From Malacoraja senta (lineage: Eukaryota), in NCBI GenBank assembly GCA_038087875.1, contig CM075989.1:6884001-6948000 (forward strand): a stretch of DNA of 64,000 nt, given 5' to 3'. The notes under the pieces were generated by a model. The model searched no databases, had not been told where the DNA came from, and saw only the letters and a list, made by a program, of their open reading frames with translations. The translations under genes and the position numbers were made by a program. Below are positions 12,364 through 24,365 of the stretch, in pieces; within the stretch, counting starts at the first letter, position 1; every line of letters starts with the position of its first letter.

Positions 12364-13782
12364 ATTTTCATATCTTTCAGGTAATTAGCACCCTAGCTGT
12401 TATTTGGACGAGCATGGTTGAAGGGGGGTGTCTTCTAAACGCATGCAAGCTCACTCACAGAGACCTTCAGAGCTTCTTCTCAGATATGGCTTCAAAACAC
12501 AGTCTTTTGATGAATAAATGATTTATTGTTGATAGAAAACAGTAAGATACATCCAAATTTCTTCTGACTCGTTACTCCAATCTTCTTCAAACTCCAGCTT
12601 ATTACTTTAAACATTAGAAAACTCCTCGTGTATCCGTAACACTGGCAAGATCTGGCATGTGGCCCGCAAGATCCCGCATGGTAGAAGGGTTAACCTTCCC
12701 CATCGTCTCTCCAAACTAATCTAAAAACTAAACTTCTGCGCCACCATCTTAGCTCCAAACACGCCCAGAATCACGTCATAAATCCCACCCACAATATAAC
12801 GGGCAGTCTAAAATTTAAAGGCACATGCCATCATCAATGACATGCAAAACAGGCCAAATGGCCACTACACCTCAGTCTTTGCACTCTGTGTGTGAGTGCA
12901 GTCCCTTGTTGTCTGTAGGTGGGTGGGGATGCACTGGTGGCCTCAGGATTTCTCCTACCACTCGTTCTTGGCCTCAAAAGAGATGTTGGTGGTCTTGGAC
13001 TTTACCGGCAGCTCAGTCTTCCTCCAAGTCCACAAAAGGGGATCTCACCTGCTAGGGAGGCACCCCCCCCCCCCTCCGCCCCCACCCCACCTTCTCTCCC
13101 TTCCTTTTTCTCACTTCTTTCTTCCTTTCTTTCTCTCCTGCTTCCACTCCCTCTCCTGTTCTTCTCTTCCTGTTTCCCTCTGGCTGGAGTTGCCGTGGTT
13201 TTTAAGGAATGACGGTGATGAGGTGCAGGTCGGCCATTCCAATAACCGCTACTTGGACACAGCTGTTGCTCCTCTGGCTGTGGCCGCGGCCCAGTCCGGA
13301 GCGGTGTCCAGGATTCCGGTGTTTTCCGGCAGCCAGGGGCAGTTTGCGGTGCGGAGGTCTGGCTTGTCCGGGCCTGTCTGCCGACGATGGGGATCAAAGC
13401 AGCATTCGAGGGAGAAGGTGCGATCACACTACCTGGAGGCTCCATTCATTCAAGAGAAGGCCAGGTGACCGGGGCAGGGCTTGTATTCCACCATAGACTA
13501 GGAGCCAAACACAGATAGGGGCCCTTTGTCCCATCTTCCCCATGCTGACCAAGAGGCCCCATCTATACTAGTCCCACTTCCCTGCGTTTGGCCCATATCC
13601 ATAGCTTTCCTACCCATCATATCCCTCTAAACTCTTCCTATCCAATCTGTAAGTTTAGGTTAGTTCAGTTTAGTTTATTGTCAAGTGAACCGAGGTACAG
13701 TGAAAAGCTTTGGTTGTGTGCTAACCTGCCAGCAGGATATTTGAAGAAGGGTCTTGACCTGGAACATCACCTATCCAAGGCT

Positions 13783-14107
13783 TAAACGGCTGCGGGACTT
13801 ATCATCGCCCGCCGGGGGCTTTAACATCGGAAGCCCCAGTCACCTTGACGCTGCAGTTGGACTGCTGGACCGCAGGAGAAGAACAAAGGGAAGAGATAAG
13901 ACTTTTACCTTCCATCACAGTGAGGAGGTGTTGGAGATTCACTGTGATGGATGTTTGTGTAAACTGTGTTAAGTGTGGGTCTTGGTTTTTTTTGTAATGT
14001 AAGACAGTAGAAAATGCAATTTCGTTCAAACCAAGCTGTTTGAATGACAATAAAAGGCATTCTATTCTATTCTATTCTATTCTATTCTATTCTATTCTAT
14101 TCTATTC
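13783..14107 (+). mobile_element. 5'-truncated GC-rich retroposon with (CTATT)n tail, inserted into a Penelope end
   Basis: Hairpin TCCATCACAGTG/CACTGTGATGGA, terminal hairpin, AATAAA, microsatellite tail. Penelope sequence flanks both sides. Confidence 0.7.
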
Positions 14108-14194
14108 CATGTTCTCCAGAGATGCTGATTGACTTTGTGTCCTTTCTTCATATCTGTCAGTTTTTATCCCACTCTCCCGACTCTTGTTCAACAT

Positions 14195-14331
14195 GAAGAT
14201 AGACACAAAATGCTGGAGTAACTCAGCGGGACAGGCAGCATCTCTGGAGAGAAGGAATGGGTGACGTTTCGGCTTGAGACCCTTCTTCAGACTCGAATGG
14301 GTGACGTTTTGGGTCGAGACCCTTCTTCAGT
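14195..14331 (-). mobile_element. Penelope-end fragment with two tandem hammerhead-type motifs
   Basis: Duplicated GTGACGTTTYGG..GAGACCCTTCTTCAG unit, flanked by TCTTGTTCRACAT (14182-14194, 14332-14344). Confidence 0.75.
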
Positions 14332-14699
14332 TCTTGTTCGACATTGTTCTCCTAATAATATCCCTCCAGTGTTTCACTCGACCGATGTAAAATCAGCTGA
14401 AGTCTCCAACATTCCCACCAGAAGCCTCGCTGTTTGAACCAACTCTCTGATGTCCAAACTGAGCATGTCTGAAATATCCCCCATGGTCAAAGAAGCTGAA
14501 ACATTATAATTTATTTTCCGTTATTATCACTTGATACACATTTTGATGTATTACGTTGTCATCTTTATACTCAATTGCAAATTTTTTTATCATTTTGATT
14601 GTTGTTTCACAATATAATTTCTGACAAATTTGCTAGTCCTCTTCCTTCTGATTCATGTTTAAATCCCAGTGAACAGTATTGAGGAGGCAACCATTTCAA

Positions 14700-15140
14700 T
14701 GCAAAATTTACGTCTCGTGCCGCCTTGGCAAGACCACCAGCATAGTCAAGGATGTGTCGCACCCCGGCCACTCCCTCTTCTCCCCTCTCCCATCAGGCAA
14801 AAGGTATAGAAGTGTGAAAACACACACCTCCAGATTCAGGTACAGTTTATTCCCAGCTGTTATCAGGCATTTGAACCATCCTACCACAACCAGAGAGCCG
14901 TCCTGAACTACTATCTACCACATCGGGGACCTTCGGACTATCTTTGATCGGACTTTACTTGCTTTATCTTGCACTAAATGTTATTCTCTGATCATGTATC
15001 TAGTTTAGTTTAGAGATACAGCTGTATCTGTACACTGTGAATGACTCGATTGCAATCATGAATTGTCTTTCCGCTGATGGGTCAGAGTGCAACAAAAGCA
15101 TTTCACTGTACCTCGGCACACGTGACAATAAACTAAACTA
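14700..15140 (+). mobile_element. Rex1/Babar LINE 3' fragment
   Basis: SIVKDVSHPGHSLFSPLPSGKRYRSVKTHTSRFRYSLFPAVIRHLN plus 3' UTR. Confidence 0.85.
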
Positions 15141-15344
15141 GAAACTCAATACATTCTTTTATGTGAGACATTGAATAGATGGCACAGCGCCCACTTTGCT
15201 GGGCATAGTTTATTCCACAACACCATCTCTTGGAGGACCATGGGTATTGTGTCCAGTGCCCTGGCCAAGCTATGCCCCTAAAAATGCATCGCAAAAATAG
15301 ATGATCACGGCATTGCCTCATTGCACCCTTGTTGGAATTTGCCA

Positions 15345-15642
15345 CCCTCCAGCAGAGTTGCTGCCTTACAGCACCAGAGTGCCGGGTTCAATCCTGACTA
15401 TAGGTGCTGCCTGTACGGAGTTTGTACGTTCTCCCTGTGACCTGCGTGGGTTTTCTCCGGGTGCTCCGCTTTTCTCCCACACTCCAAAGACGTACAGGTT
15501 TGTAGGTTAATTGGCTTGGTAGAATTGTAAATTGTCCCTAGTGTGCGTAGGTTAGTGCTAGCGTGCGGTGTGATCGGCGCGGACTCGGTGGGCTGAAGGG
15601 CCCTGTTTCCGCGCTGTATCTCTAAACAAAACTAAACTAAAT
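15345..15642 (+). mobile_element. HE1-like V-SINE
   Basis: B-box GGTTCAATCC, V-domain and (CTAAA)n tail. Confidence 0.85.
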
Positions 15643-17059
15643 GAAAAAACTCTCCTGCGTTATACCAAAACAAACTCAATGGTTGCCGAGGACATGGGGA
15701 GGTTGTGAAGGGCGAAGTTAAGACCATTTCCATTTCCCCCACCTGCTAAATTTAGAAAATTGAATACAATCTGGGAAAGATTCCGAATTTTTTTGAAAAT
15801 AAAAGTAATTAATTTTGCTTAGGAAAATTCTCCAAGCTGTTTGAACATTCCCATGATAATCCACAGTGAAACTCCTCTGGAGCAAGAGATACAAGGAGAA
15901 CGCTTGTTTCAAGAAATAATACATATGCTGGAATCCATGCGGATAATGAGTGTTGCACACAACATGACCCTATCCAATGTTATGGATTATCACTGACAAT
16001 CCCCGTGAAACTGCATGATACCCTCTCCATTCCTTTTAAACACAAGTGAGCAGAGAAGCAAGGCAGGCTCGTTTTCATCTATAAATTATAATACTGTCAT
16101 CTGATGCAAACCACAAGGAGTCAGATTTATGGTTTAATGCATGGATTGCCATGCTCTGTTGTGAAGCAATCAATTTAAACCCCTTCCTCCTCCAGGTCTT
16201 CTGTTTATCCTGCAGTTATGGACTCCAAGCAACTGTAGCAGTGAAACTGGTTCAACTTTTATTCAGTTCCATTCTGAAAGCCCTTCACCAATTCCCCCCT
16301 TTGTCGCCCCCCCCCTCTCTCTTGTTCTCCCCCCTCTCTTGTTTGCCTCCCCTTCTCTTGTGCCCCCCCTCTCTGTGCTATTGGTTCAGGGAAGTGGTTA
16401 TGCTGTCTATTCCCCTTTACATGTGCCATTTACATGCTCTCACAACCAGAGAGCAGGGCTGAACTACCGTCTATCTCTTTGGTGACCCTCGGACAATCCT
16501 TGATCGGACTTTGCTGGCTTTACCTTGCACTAAACGTGATGTGCTTGACGTGTATCTGTACACTGTAAATGGTTCGATTGTAATCATGTACTGTCTTTCC
16601 GCTGGCTGGATGGCACGCAACGAAAAGTTTTTCACTGTACACGTGACAATAAACTAAACTGAACTGAACTGTAGATAGACACAAAAAGCTGGAGTAACTC
16701 AGCGGGACAGGCAGCATCTCTGGAGAGAAGGAAAGGGTGACGTTTCGGGTCGAGACCCTTCTTCAAACTGAACTGTGTATGGTTGTGATCACGTGTGGAA
16801 GAAGCGGAAATGATTGTGTCTAATCAAATAACCCAAATCCCACACTCCCGACCACTCCCACCCTCCCCCCCCCAAATCTTTACCAAAAGCAGCAAAGGAA
16901 TTTTTACAATATTTGCAAGGGAAGATATATTCTAGATTTCATGTCTCATTGGGCAGCGGTAGAGCTGCTGCCTTACAGTGTCTTTGGAAAGAATTCTGTC
17001 CTTAATTTGTGTATTGGTCTTTATAATTTATTTTATTCCGATTATATGTTTCCTATTTG

Positions 17060-17259
17060 NNNNNNNNNNNNNNNNNNNNNNNNNNNNNNNNNNNNNNNNN
17101 NNNNNNNNNNNNNNNNNNNNNNNNNNNNNNNNNNNNNNNNNNNNNNNNNNNNNNNNNNNNNNNNNNNNNNNNNNNNNNNNNNNNNNNNNNNNNNNNNNNN
17201 NNNNNNNNNNNNNNNNNNNNNNNNNNNNNNNNNNNNNNNNNNNNNNNNNNNNNNNNNNN
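17060..17259. other. Assembly gap (200 N)
   Basis: Run of N. Confidence 1.
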
Positions 17260-17360
17260 TTCCCGAATACTTTTGTTTTGCCTGCTGAGTGTGCCCATTT
17301 GACTCAACTCCTAATTGGTTTCAATTTTTCTGATCCGCCAAACATTCTGCTATCACATTA

Positions 17361-17690
17361 GGGGTGGCACGGTGGCGCAGCGGTAGAGATGCTGCCTTAC
17401 AGCAAATGCAGCACCGCAGACCCGGGTTCGATCCCGATTACGAGTGCTGTCTGTACGGAGTTTGCACGTTCTACACGTGACCTGCATGAGTTTTCTCCGA
17501 GATCTTCGGTTTCCTCCCACACGCCAAAGACGTACATGTTTGTAGGTTAATTGGCTTGGTAAATGTAAATATTGTCCCTAGTGGGTGTAGGATAGTGTTG
17601 ATGTGCTGAGAAGCGCGGACCCAGTGGGCCGAAAGGGTACTGTTTCCACGCTGTATCTCTAAAACTAAAACTAAAAACTTAAACTAAAAC
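17361..17690 (+). mobile_element. HE1-like V-SINE, full length
   Basis: A-box TGGCGCAGCGG, B-box GGTTCGATCCC, V-domain and tail. Confidence 0.85.
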
Positions 17691-17691
17691 A

Positions 17692-18015
17692 TCCGTGGTA
17701 GTGGGAGTATTTTCTCAATCTGACTCGCTGGTGTCCCGAGCCGCTGAGAGGGAGCACCATCACCCGGCGAGAACGGCCTGGAACATCGGGCCTCCGTGAA
17801 GGCGACTGTGGAGGCCTCAAATAGGCCCGACTATGGGTGGACATGGGATGGGGACTGGACTTTGTGCCTTCCCCCACAGTGGGGGCCATTGTGGGGGGAT
17901 GGTTTTATGTTTTATGTTAAATTTCTTTAATGTTGTGTCTAATTTGTGCTGCATGGCAAGACAAATGTCACTACACCATTTGGTGTACGTGACAATAAAT
18001 GTCCTTTGTCCTTGT
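17692..18015 (+). mobile_element. 5'-truncated GC-rich retroposon
   Basis: Hairpin TCCCCCACAGTG/CATTGTGGGGGGA, terminal hairpin, AATAAA and (TGTCCT)n tail. Confidence 0.65.
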
Positions 18016-18867
18016 TGTCCACTTACCTGGTTATAGCCATTGTAGAAAGCTCTAAACTTGCATGTGAACTGCCATACTTGCTTTCCCTCTCTCTCTGTCC
18101 CTCCCCCACCCTCGTTCTCCGATTTGTTTCACACTCCTCCTGATAAATTTTACTGTTTGGTTGCCTCGTTGTCACCTTCCCCTCAGCCAACAATGAACCA
18201 TTCTACATTTCCTTCAACATTGTCTGCTTTGATCTGTTGTTTTCACACCTTACGTTGTCTTTCTACCTATCCATATTTCCAGTTTCCCTCTCCATTGATT
18301 CTCAGTCTGAAGAAGGGTCTCGACCCAAAATGTTACCCATCCCTTCTCTCCAGAGATTCTGCCTGTCCCACTGAGCTACTCCCTGTCCCACTGAATTACT
18401 CCAGCATTTTGTGTCTATTTATGATGTATTAGTGTCTAAGTTATAGACAGAGCTAAGCCATGACAATTGGGCCTGTGATAGAGAAGAGAAAATCTATATT
18501 ACTAAAAGTAAGATCTTGACCGCTTTTGACTCACTGCGATGTGATTTCCGAGAGAACGCTGCCACTTACGGCCGTCATCTTTGGCCACCTCGCTCAGAGC
18601 CCCCCTCCGCCGGACTGGACTGGAGGATTTTTCCAATGGATCAAAAATCTGAGATATATTAATGTTTTTTTTAATTTCGCCATTCTCTCTGCTGCCCCTG
18701 CTGGTGGGATGGGGGGGGGACTATAAAACCCAGAAGTGGTGTGCCTCACTCAGTCTCTGCAAGATGGAGGAAGCGAGAGGGTCACGTCTCTCTGAGCTCT
18801 GAATAACACTGAACACATGTCTACTCAACTGTGAGTGCCCTTAATGTGGTTTGAAAATGAAAATATG

Positions 18868-19070
18868 GTTGCTTTGAAAGGCTGCACTGCAAAATAAATG
18901 GCTGTTGTTGGTGGTGGTAACTGCTTTGAAAGGCTGCACTGCAAAACAATGGCTGTTGTTGGTGGTGGTAACTGCTTTGAAAGGCTGCACTGCAAAAAAA
19001 AAATGTCTGTTCTTGGTGGTGGTAACTGCTTTGAAAGGCTGCACAGCAAAAAAAATCTGTTGTTGGTGGA
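18868..19070. repeat. ~52-bp tandem repeat, ~4 copies
   Basis: Repeated GCTTTGAAAGGCTGCACTGCAAAA...TGTTGGTGGTGGTAA. Confidence 0.9.
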
Positions 19071-19452
19071 AACTTGACAACTTCCTGTTTGAACTGAATA
19101 TTGATTTTAGATAAAACGCAACCACTTATGGCTGTGATTTTTGGCCATCTTACTCAGTTCCTCGCCACTCATCAGGTGCAGAGGATTCTTCCCATCAATG
19201 AAAAATAAAAGTGTTTAAAAAAATGTTGAGAATCTCTCTCCTGTCAATCACGCCATGAAGGCCCCTTCCAGTTGGAGGAGGATTATAAAACCCGTAAGTG
19301 TGGGTGTGGCTCAGTCTCTGCAAGATGGGGGAGAGAGAGGTCACGACTCTGTCTGAGCTGTGAATCAACTAAACACACTGAATGTCCACTGAACTGTGAG
19401 TGTGGTGTTTATGTGGTTTTTGTGTGGTTTTATAGTGGTTTTATGGTTGTTT

Positions 19453-20400
19453 CACCCTGCTTGAAATGGTATGAAACTGCATTTGAATTTGGTGGCCTTG
19501 CACCCTGCTTGAAATGGCATGAAACAGCATTAGCATTTGGTGGCCTTGCACCCTGCTTGAATTAACATGAAACTGCACTTGAATTTGGTGGCCTTGCACC
19601 CTGCTTGAAGTGGCATGAAACTGCACGTGAATTTGGTGGCCTTGCACTCTGCTTGAAATGGCATGAAACTGCACTTGAACTTGGTGGCCTTGCACCCTGC
19701 TTGAAGTGGCATGAAACTGCAGTTGAATTTGGTGGGCCTTGCACCCTGCTTGAAATGGCATGAAAGTGCATTTGAATTTGGTGGCCTTGCACCCTGCTTG
19801 AAATGGTATGAAACTGCATTTGAATTTGGTGGCCTTGCACCCTGCTTGAAATGGCATGAAACAGCATTAGCATTTGGTGGCCTTGCACCCTGCTTGAATT
19901 AACATGAAACTGCACTTGAATTTGGTGGCCTTGCACCCTGCTTGAAGTGGCATGAAACTGCACGTGAATTTGGTGGCCTTGCACTCTGCTTGAAATGGCA
20001 TGAAACTGCACTTGAACTTGGTGGCCTTGCACCCTGCTTGAAGTGGCATGAAACTGCAGTTGAATTTGGTGGGCCTTGCACCCTGCTTGAAATGGCATGA
20101 AAGTGCATTTGAATTTGGTGGCCTTGCACCCTGCTTGAAATGGCAGGAAACTGCACTTGAGTTTGGTGGCCCTGCACCCTGCTTGAAGTGGTATGAAACT
20201 GCACTTGAATTCGGTGGCCTTGCAGCCTGCTTGAAGTGGTCGGAAACTGCACGAATTCAGTGGCCTTGCACCCTGCTTGAAGTGGTCGGAAACTGCACTT
20301 GAATTCGGTGGCCTTGCACCCTGCTTGAAGTGGTAGGAAACTGCACTTGAATTTGGTGGCCATGCACCCTGCTTGAAATGGTCGGAAACTGCATTTGAAT
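19453..20400. repeat. 48-bp minisatellite, ~20 copies, with a 337-bp higher-order duplication
   Basis: Unit CACCCTGCTTGAAATGGCATGAAACTGCACTTGAATTTGGTGGCCTTG. Identical ORFs at 19530 and 19867 are 337 bp apart. Confidence 0.95.
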
Positions 20401-20845
20401 TTCAAGCTCCTCCTTTATGTATACAAAGCCCTTAACGGGCTTGCCCCCACCTACATCCAAAATCTGCGAACCCACCATTCTACCTCCAGGTCCCTCAGGA
20501 CGGCCGACTTGGGGCTACTGACTATCCCGCGGCCCAGGCATAAGCTCAGGGGCGATCGCGCTTTTGCGGTTGCAGCACCTAGACTGTGGAACAGCATCCC
20601 TCTTCTCATCAGAACTGCCCCCTCCATCGACTCTTTTAAGTCTAGACTTTAAACTTATTTCTACTCACAAGCGTTTCTTGAGGCCCTCTGAGGGAGCGCT
20701 GTATGTATGTATTTATGTATGTATTGTTAGATCTATGTACCACTGTATGTAGCATGTTAGTACCTGCACTGATGTAAAGCACTTTGGTCATCGAGAGTTG
20801 TTTTTAAATGTGCTATAGAAATAAAATTGACTTGACTTGACTTGA
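20398..20845 (+). mobile_element. L2 LINE 3' fragment
   Basis: FKLLLYVYKALNGLAPTY...GDRAFAVAAPRLWNS; 3' TGTAAAGCACTTTG stem and (CTTGA)n tail. Confidence 0.9.
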
Positions 20846-21294
20846 CTAGTTAGAAAGTGGCAGAAAGATCCTATCAGTCAGTGTATTTATACCCAGTAGT
20901 TGGTACCATCTGACCACTTGTTTGACTTTAACTAACCTTCTCTGTCCTTACCAAGAAATGTTATGGCTTTTGCTGACTGATATGATTCATTAATATCAAT
21001 GAGGTATTCCGTAAGCGCAGAGACACGGCTAATGTACCATTCATAGCTCCATGAACCAGTCAAACGTTCTCAGAGTATTTCAATTATATTCCTCCCATCC
21101 TTGCAAGATGGGCAGAAATGTTCACTGTATATTAGGCTGACTTTGAATTCTCAGCAAGATGAAGGTTGTTTGTGCACTGCAATCAAGCACTTCTTCTCCA
21201 GGGGTGCCCACAAGCTCATGCAGCAGCAGAAGTAAAGGTAGAGCATTGTTTTCTTCGATTTAAACCAGCTTCTGCAGTTCCTTCTGACACATTG

Positions 21295-21590
21295 TTTTAG
21301 TTTAGTTTAGTTTAGAGATACAGCGCGGAAACAGGCCCATCGGCCCGCCGAGTCCGCAACGACCGGCGATGCCCGCACACTAACACAAACCTACACAATA
21401 CTAGGGACAATATACACTTATACCAAGTAAACAAACCCAAGCCAATTAACCGACATACCTGTAAGTCTTTGGAGTGTGGGAGGAAACCGAAGATCTCGGA
21501 GAAAACCCATGCGATCACGGGGAGAACGTACGAACTCCGTGCAGACAGCACCCGTAGTCAGGATCGAACCTTGTTCTCTGGTGCTGTAAG
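21295..21590 (-). mobile_element. HE1-like V-SINE
   Basis: Same family, reverse strand. Confidence 0.8.
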
Positions 21591-22027
21591 GAGTGGTTGG
21601 GTGAACTTGGATTGTTTTCCCTGGAGGCTGAGGGGAAACCTGAGAGAAGTATAGAAAATTATGAAAGGCATGTGGGCAGCACGGCGGCTCAGCAGTAGAG
21701 TTGCTGCCTTACAGCGCCAGAGACCCTGGTTTGATCTTGATTACGGCCGCTGTCTGTACAGAATTTACAAGTTCTCCCTGTGACCGCGTGGGCTTTCTCC
21801 GGGTACTCCGGTTTCCTCCCACATCCCACATCTCTAAAGTCTATCTCACATCTCTAAAATCTGGATTGCACTGGCAGGGGTGGTGGTGGGAGCAGATGTG
21901 ATGGCACATGAAGATGGGGGGATATGGATCACATACAGGCAGAGGAGATGAGTTTAACCTGGCATCATGTTCGGCACAGACATTGTAAGCCGAAAGGCCC
22001 GTTCCTGGGCTGCGTTGTTCTACGTTC

Positions 22028-22865
22028 TAAGATAAGATACATTTATTGTCACATGTACCAATTGGTACAGTGAAATGTGTGGTCACCATACAGCCATACG
22101 AATAATAAAGAGCACAGAACACGATCGTTTTTAACACAGACATCCCCCCACACAGCGGGATCAAAGTTTCCCACTGTGAGGGAAGGCTCCAAAAATTCGG
22201 TCATCCTCCTCTGTTGTCCTCCCGTGGTCGGGGGGCTCCCGAACCCCCCGCAGTCACCGCAACGGGCGGCCCGATGTTCAGGCCCGCTCGCCGGGGTGAT
22301 GGAAGTCCGACGTCGGGACTGGAGGACCTCCTCAGCGGCTTGGCCACCTCCTACGAGAGTCCGCGGCTTCCGAAGTCCACAGACCGCGCTGGGCGGAGAT
22401 TCAACGCTGGTGGCCCTCGGCAAAGGGCCCCAGTACTCCGCGATGTTGAAGTCAGCGCCGGCCGCGCTGGAAGCTCTGCAGATCACAGCTCCGATGTTAA
22501 AGCAGCAGGCGCAACTCTCCGGAGCTTCCACGGCGATCCCAGGTAAGGCATTGCCCGCTCCGCGGTGGATCCAGTGATGCGCCGCCGCTGCTGAAGCTCT
22601 GGCCCGGTCCCCGGCAGGAAAGGCCGCTCCAATCCAGGTGGTAGGCCGCGAGGAGGGGGGGGCGAGGACACGACTCGGAGAATAGTCGCATCCCCGCCAA
22701 GAAGTGACTGTGAAACGGTCTCCCCCTTACCCTACCCCCCTCCCCCACATAGAAAAGTTAAAGAAACTAAAGAAACATACTTTTAAAACTAACTAAAAAT
22801 AAAAAAAGATAGCAAAACAAACAGACTGTAGGCAGAGGCTGCCTTCAGTGCGGCGCCCCTAGTGG
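22028..22865 (-). mobile_element. GC-rich retroposon, apparently full length
   Basis: Head CCACTAGGGGCGCCGCA, internal hairpins, Rex1-like terminal hairpin, AATAAA and (TATCT)n tail. Confidence 0.75.
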
Positions 22866-23742
22866 CAAAAGTTGTATGTTGTAATCTTAGGACATCCGAG
22901 GTAGCTTTGCAGTCAGTGAAATATCTTTGTTTAATATATTCCTTGAAATATATTTATCCTTTAAAGTTCTATTTCTGGTTCAGCACTGGGATGCTTCAAA
23001 GCATTACGTCCTTTGAGATAGATGCTGAGTCTTCCACAGCTTGACGAGTGATTGAGTGCTTTCTTTGGAGCAAACTGAATGATTCTTCACTGCGCATATT
23101 ATCAAATGGAAATGAGCAAAGACTGATCGCAGAGCATTGCAGTCCTGTCCCCATAAATACTGATGACTACACAGAGTAAGCAACCCTGGGCCCGTGATTA
23201 ATACCACCAGCCTTGACTCTGATGACTGTTCTTGACATAAGGCATGATTCTAAGTTATAATGACAGCTCTAATTACATTGATAAGATTAATAGGAACGTC
23301 CTCCAGTTATGCAAGTTAATAAAGCACTCATTACTGAAGCAACAAGGAGCAATTAACCCTTTGGAGAATTAGATTTGTAATGTACATTGCAAACAAAGAC
23401 ATATTAACTCTTTCGTCATTGGGACAAAGTGATCCATCTTCAAGCATCCGCGGAGGATGATTAAAGAACAGAATTACACTGTGGTCTGCCTTGAAATGAT
23501 TGGAATATTTTGCCAGGCAAGAATCTGCTGCAGCAAAGTGTATAATGGCATGAGTCGTTAACTTAGGCTTCTGCCCCTGCACTCCTTTGCCTGAGAGCTT
23601 GTTACATATCACATTGCTGAAAATGCAAGCGGGTGATGGTACAATGGAAAATATTGAGTGACCAGGACAGCTGGATGGTTCAGTGCATTCAGTACCTGAA
23701 TGCAGTGAAAGTCTTTCTTGCATTCAATTCATAACAGTCTTA

Positions 23743-23988
23743 AGGGCCTGTCCCACTTGGGCGTCATTTGCGCGTCAATTACGCGACATCATTTACGCGT
23801 CACGACGCACGAAACACGCGTCGTGACGCACACGTGATGCGCGCATGGTGCGCATTAGGCGCGCATGGTGTGTGATGACGTAGGCAGTGACGCGCGGTCG
23901 CGCGCGGCGCCCCAGGATTTTGGGATGTACAAAATCTTCGCACGCCATCTGCGTGACGCGCAAATGAGGCCCAAGTGGGACAGGCCCT
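23743..23988. mobile_element. PIF/Harbinger-type MITE
   Basis: TIR AGGGCCTGTCCCACTTGGG, TTA on both sides, palindromic CpG-rich interior. Confidence 0.85.
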
Positions 23989-24084
23989 TTACTACCCATA
24001 GGCACAACCATACATAAGTACAAGAGTGCAACAAATGTAGTGTAAGAATAATAGATTGCACTGAGGCAATATACATAAAGGTCA

Positions 24085-24365
24085 TACATTCTAGGAGGAG
24101 AATTAGGCCATTCGGCCCATCGAGTCTACTCCGCCATTCAGTCATGGCTGATCTATCTTTCCCTCTCAACCCCATTCTCCTACCTTCTCCCAATAACCCC
24201 TGACACCCGCATTAATCAAGAATCTATCTATCTCTGCCTTAAAAATATCCATTAACACGCTTACTAATCAAGTCACTCTTACTGTCAATCTCCGCCTTAA
24301 AAATATCAATTTTCTTGGCCTCCACAGCCGTCCGTGGCAATGAATTTCTGCTGATTCACTACCCT
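24085..24365 (-). mobile_element. CR1 3' fragment
   Basis: Reverse CR1 3' UTR (GGCCATTCGGCCCATCGAGTC). Confidence 0.75.

Larger units (their letters stand above)
18493..20849 (+). mobile_element. Probable non-autonomous Helitron with internal tandem arrays and an L2 insert
   Basis: Starts A|TCTATATTACTAAAA, has a candidate end CTAG|T at 20846-20850 and no TSD. No 3' hairpin is visible. Confidence 0.5.

Noticed and set aside
13250..13340. GILDTAPDW resembling a REL-endonuclease LINE motif
   Set aside because: Too short, and the expected downstream RPD..ELTVPWE motif is absent.
16941..17361. ORFs spanning the N run
   Set aside because: Artefacts of the assembly gap.
17361..17440. tRNA genes at SINE heads (also ~40211)
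   Set aside because: The A/B boxes continue into SINE bodies and tails, and no complete cloverleaf is present.
19453..20400. CRISPR-like array or repeat-protein ORFs
   Set aside because: Head-to-tail 48-mers with no unique spacers and no cas genes, in a eukaryotic context. The ORFs are by-products of the repeat.
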